Origin: an uncultured Dehalococcoidia bacterium
GTDB taxonomy: Bacteria; Chloroflexota; Dehalococcoidia; Lucifugimonadales; CAJWER01
Length of the DNA stretch: 64,000 nt
Assembly: GCA_964384845.1 (NCBI GenBank)
Contig: CAYLLU010000001.1
Coordinates: 28,595-92,594 of the forward strand
Direction: 5' to 3'
The translations under genes were made by a program, and so were the position numbers. The notes below the pieces were generated by a model. The model made no database searches. It saw only the letters and a program-made list of their open reading frames with translations, and was not told the origin of the DNA. This document shows, piece after piece, positions 61,401-64,000 of this stretch; the stretch's first letter is position 1; each line of letters starts with the position of its first letter.

Positions 61401-62980
61401 AGTTCCCATTCTTCACGTTCCTGTTCGGGGATCTCCACGCGCATTTGATGGCGATCCCATTCACGATGCTGGTCCTGGGTCTGGCACTGGCGGTGGTCCT
61501 CGGGGCGAGGGAGGCAAGGGAGATGACCACCTGGACCAGATGGCGGCCTGGCGAGGTGGCACGGCTGATTATGCTGGGTGTTGTCGTCGGCTCTTTGAGG
61601 CTTATCAATACCTGGGATTATCCGACCTACCTACTGGTGGCGGCTGGGGCGATTTTCCTCGCAACCTACCTAAGAAATGGCGGTATAAATATGGCCGTGT
61701 TCCTAGTCTCCGGCATGAAGATAGCACTGGTCATTGGACTCGGATACGTGATATTCCTGCCGTTCCACCTGCACTACGAGACCTTCTTTTCTAGTCTGGA
61801 GGGCACGACGAACCAGACCGTGCTCTGGCAGTTCCTCCTGATCCACGGCCTATTCATATTCATCGTGGGCAGCTACTTTGCCATCGAGTCTAAGGGATTA
61901 TTAGTAGCGCTGGGCAAGGCATTGAGGAGTGCTGCTAGGAAGAGTGTCACGGACGAGTCCGTGGGACCGGAGGATGCCCGGACAAGAATTTCACGTGGCC
62001 GCGCCACAATCCTCGCTGTAGTGGGAGCCTTTGGAGGGCTAGTGGGGATCACTATACTGACGAACTGGGTCGGCAGCACGATACCTTTCGCGGTGCTGCT
62101 GCTCGGCTTGGTGATGCTCGGCGGGATCAGGCGGGCATCAGCCGTTGATGTCAAGGCCCCAGTAATTGCGTTTGCAGCGTTGCTAACAAGTACCGCGCTA
62201 ATGCTAGTCATAGCGTTGGATATATTTCGGGTGCAGGGTGACATCGAGCGCATGAACAGCGTGTTCAAGTTCTACCTGCAGATATGGATACTGTTAGCTC
62301 TGGCCTCAGCATACCTGCTATGGCATCTTGTGTGTAAATACAGGTCCCTCCCGCTGACCGGAGATAAGTGGACTAGGCTGTGGGTCGGCGCCTTAATAAT
62401 GCTGGTGATAGGCTCCGCCATCTACCCGCTTCTCGGCACCCAGGCGCGGCTCAGAATGCGGTTCGAAGTCCTGCCGGTCACCCTAGATGGGATGGCTTAT
62501 ATGCAGAGTGCCGTGTACCAGGATGCTAATGGGCAGATCGAGTTGGCTCACGACTACAATGCCATTCGATGGCTTCAGCGCAACATCGAGGGATCGCCAA
62601 TGATTTTGGAGGGGCTAACCCCTAACTACCGCTGGGGCGGGCGGGTATCGACCTATACGGGTCTGCCGGCCATAGTGGGCTGGCAATGGCACCAGCAGCA
62701 GCAAAGATGGGGGTACCGAGAGGATGTGGGTGCCCGAGCAAGGGACGTCGACGAGATATTCAGTACGACAAGTGTACCTGAGGCGCTATCACTGCTCGAT
62801 AAGTATGGCGTACAGTACCTTTATGTTGGTCAACTCGAACGTCTCTACTACCCCGCCGAGGGGTTCAAGAAATTCGAGGATGGTCTCGGTGGCCGCCTCG
62901 AAGAAATATACCAAAACTCGCAGGTGACTATCTACGAATTACATCATCAGATGCTTGATTCTCCTTTAGTACATCAATAG
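58409..62980 (+). CDS. 1523-aa membrane protein: N-terminal GT-C (ArnT/PMT-like, GT39/GT83-type) module fused to a DUF2298 / Chlor_Arch_YYY domain
   Basis: The N-terminal ~500 aa has the GT-C pattern (FTPHPDERA loop, many TM helices). The central region contains FINYYYWGQF (the YYYxG motif of TIGR03662 as I recall it). Confidence 0.7.
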   Translation: MDMTTQQHRERLRKTFAARGVWPLGALNSRNALMTAALVLTLVLAVCLRFYGLNWDRGQAFTPHPDERAILMKVGELSLPTLGDLGSLLNAEESPWNPRWFPYGSFPLYLLKGVQIAYGVLPGPDLGDLRTVGRTISALADTATVLMVYMLGRRLFGLREGLLAAALVATSVLHIQLSHFFAVDTIMALSAVVALYFLYGVAIEGRPRDSVLAGVVIGLGIATKVSIAPIYIAFAMAHVMFATGALPGSSREGRPAERLSKIITGGVLGGAASLAAFAIAQPYALLDFSRFYTDTIEQSEMVRRIRDYPYTRQYIDTTAYLYQIRQLATWGFGLPLGIVAWAGLLYASLRGLRLIYGVAYLAIGWILPMGLLLFSNSILVILLASGVAFAALAGTLPFRRADTRGSVLLLSWVIPYFLITGSFQVKFIRYLLPISPFLVLFGSRMLIDAWDGLKYRVPASRTVLGGVLARLLGGTGFYAISYMSIYGESHTAVRTAQWLNSNAAPGATILKEHWEEGLPNLEAFRVRELPLYNDDDERKLQSLAEELSAADYLVFFSNRLYGTLPRLHERYPLSGEYYRQLFTGGLGYELVNVETSYPSLAGVTFTEDTFGRPGVPVPELVKDKAPSGFRLDLGFADESFTVYDHPMGLVFANEGLFSEEVLKKTIRGEISPSTPASSETQVEYGLMLSPENAETQQAGGTWSEIVNPGGWSSNHPTLTWLLLIEGISLLILPLTLVLFRPLADRGYLFSKGMGLLGVGLGAWLLTSLHWMTFARESVLLAMVILCVLSLSVAAPRGRTLIRFVRSHWRILLVEEALFLAAFFAFVAVRMANPDLWHPHLGGEKPMDMAYLNAVLKSSYMPPYDPWFGGGFINYYYWGQFLVAMLIHVTGIDPAIAFNLAVPMFFALAVVGAFTIVYNLAEATRMGQPKPLGRRGPPTMVAGIIGAAFVMVIGNLDGALQVIQGIVRVWLLNMPFGSFDFWRSTRMMPPDPPGHEITEFPFFTFLFGDLHAHLMAIPFTMLVLGLALAVVLGAREAREMTTWTRWRPGEVARLIMLGVVVGSLRLINTWDYPTYLLVAAGAIFLATYLRNGGINMAVFLVSGMKIALVIGLGYVIFLPFHLHYETFFSSLEGTTNQTVLWQFLLIHGLFIFIVGSYFAIESKGLLVALGKALRSAARKSVTDESVGPEDARTRISRGRATILAVVGAFGGLVGITILTNWVGSTIPFAVLLLGLVMLGGIRRASAVDVKAPVIAFAALLTSTALMLVIALDIFRVQGDIERMNSVFKFYLQIWILLALASAYLLWHLVCKYRSLPLTGDKWTRLWVGALIMLVIGSAIYPLLGTQARLRMRFEVLPVTLDGMAYMQSAVYQDANGQIELAHDYNAIRWLQRNIEGSPMILEGLTPNYRWGGRVSTYTGLPAIVGWQWHQQQQRWGYREDVGARARDVDEIFSTTSVPEALSLLDKYGVQYLYVGQLERLYYPAEGFKKFEDGLGGRLEEIYQNSQVTIYELHHQMLDSPLVHQ

Positions 62981-63030
62981 AATATGTGCGGCTATCTCAA
63001 CAATTTCACTTTCTTGCGGCGGGGGGTGAT

Positions 63031-64000
63031 ATGGCACACTGCGCTTGTACTTCGGCTGAGGCCGCGGGGATTACCAAGGACCCGTGGCACACTCAGCCGC
63101 ACCCACAGCCAGCAACCCTCGTGACTATTGATACGGTACCCTTCGTCGGTGAGACACCCCGGGAAGCGATCCAAAACTGGATCACCCCCAATGCCCTCTA
63201 CTACGCCCGCAATCACTTCGACACTCCGTCAATTGACGTGAACCAATGGACCCTCACCGTGGACGGTCTGGTATCCCATCCTCTTACTCTAGCCTTTTCC
63301 GACATCCTAGAATTGCCCCAGAGAACCCTCGTCGTGACAATGGAATGCGCCGGCAACAATCGCACCGCCCTGGATCCTCCCGTGAAGGGCAACCAATTCG
63401 ACGGTGGAGCGATCAGCACCGCCATCTGGACCGGGGTATCTTTGAGGGATGTGCTTGAGCGAGCCACGGTCGAGGAGGGCGCTGTCGAGGTGTTCTTCGA
63501 GGGATCTGATTCGGGACACGGCGCACCGGATCAGGTGATTGCCCCCTACCAGAGAAGTCTCCCGATGGAGATGGCCCTCCACCCTGACACCTTGTTGGCG
63601 TATCTGATGAACAGTGAAGAACTACCGGCCGACCATGGTCACCCACTGCGATTAGTAGTGCCGGGATGGTACGGAATGGCTTCGGTGAAATGGCTGAGCA
63701 AGATCACCGTGCTCGACCACGCATTCGTCGGTTTCTTCCAGACCGACCGATATACCATAGAGACCGAAAATGGAGAAAAGGACCCGCTCAGGGGTATGGT
63801 GGTCAAGTCGCTCATCAGCAAGCCCAGGCACGGCGAGGTCTTCAACTTGAGAATTCACCAGATTACTGGACTGGCATGGTCCGGTGAGGGTGCGGTCACT
63901 AAGGTGGAAGTTAGTGATGATTTCGGCGAGAGTTGGCGTCCGGCGCAGTTGGGCGGCCTCAATCACCAGTACGCCTGGCAACAGTGGACCATGACTTGGC
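63031..64000 (+). CDS. sulfite oxidase-like molybdopterin oxidoreductase (3' end beyond window)
   Basis: Absent from the ORF track because there is no stop in the window. ATG 63031. YYARNHFD, the Mo-ligand cysteine in VVTMECAGNNR, and HGHPLRLVVPGWYGMASVKWL. Confidence 0.8.
   Translation, partial: MAHCACTSAEAAGITKDPWHTQPHPQPATLVTIDTVPFVGETPREAIQNWITPNALYYARNHFDTPSIDVNQWTLTVDGLVSHPLTLAFSDILELPQRTLVVTMECAGNNRTALDPPVKGNQFDGGAISTAIWTGVSLRDVLERATVEEGAVEVFFEGSDSGHGAPDQVIAPYQRSLPMEMALHPDTLLAYLMNSEELPADHGHPLRLVVPGWYGMASVKWLSKITVLDHAFVGFFQTDRYTIETENGEKDPLRGMVVKSLISKPRHGEVFNLRIHQITGLAWSGEGAVTKVEVSDDFGESWRPAQLGGLNHQYAWQQWTMTW

Noticed and set aside
1-64000. CRISPR arrays, transposases or IS elements, integrases, prophage genes, toxin-antitoxin pairs and known defence-system genes
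   Set aside because: I looked for regularly spaced repeats and for hallmark motifs (DDE/HUH transposases, tyrosine or serine recombinases, Cas proteins, reverse transcriptases) in all listed ORFs and gaps, and found none.

Overview
Gene-dense chromosomal window with about 60 CDS. I found one long-form SRP RNA and no rRNA, tRNA, CRISPR array, transposase, integrase or obvious transcription factor. All calls come from reading the ORF track and the sequence and recognising motifs from memory; no alignments or HMM searches were run.

The content mixes housekeeping genes with many catabolic paralogs. Housekeeping: ispE, rsmA, ffs, trpB, thyX, a 2-oxoacid dehydrogenase complex, panB/panC, surE, gatC/gatA and pth. 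Catabolic: 4 SDRs, 2 Gfo/Idh/MocA oxidoreductases, an enolase-superfamily enzyme, a Zn-ADH, a family III CoA-transferase, a crotonase, a nitrilase, a VOC protein and a cupin. A giant GT-C/'YYY' membrane protein, the long SRP RNA and frequent GTG/TTG starts make me suspect a Chloroflexota (SAR202-like) genome. That is inference only.

The best candidate for a not-yet-described system is the nine-gene corrinoid methyl-transfer island at 14489-22156. It holds a four-part split MetH-like core: an Hcy-binding protein, a pterin-binding protein, a B12-binding protein and a RACo/RamA-type activase. It also holds an MtaA/MtsA-type Zn methyltransferase, a PF13769-like small protein, a family-less 226-aa protein with two CGxxH motifs, an 80-aa four-Cys protein and a metF remnant.

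Other points worth a second look:
- a 2-hydroxyacid dehydrogenase with two in-frame TAG codons 18 nt apart
- an unusual density of gene remnants
- a divergent larB/larE pair without larA or larC
- a sortase/thioredoxin/repeat-membrane-protein cluster
- a PanG-type ketopantoate reductase in the pan operon
- a 0.94-kb ORF-less region at 34293-35236
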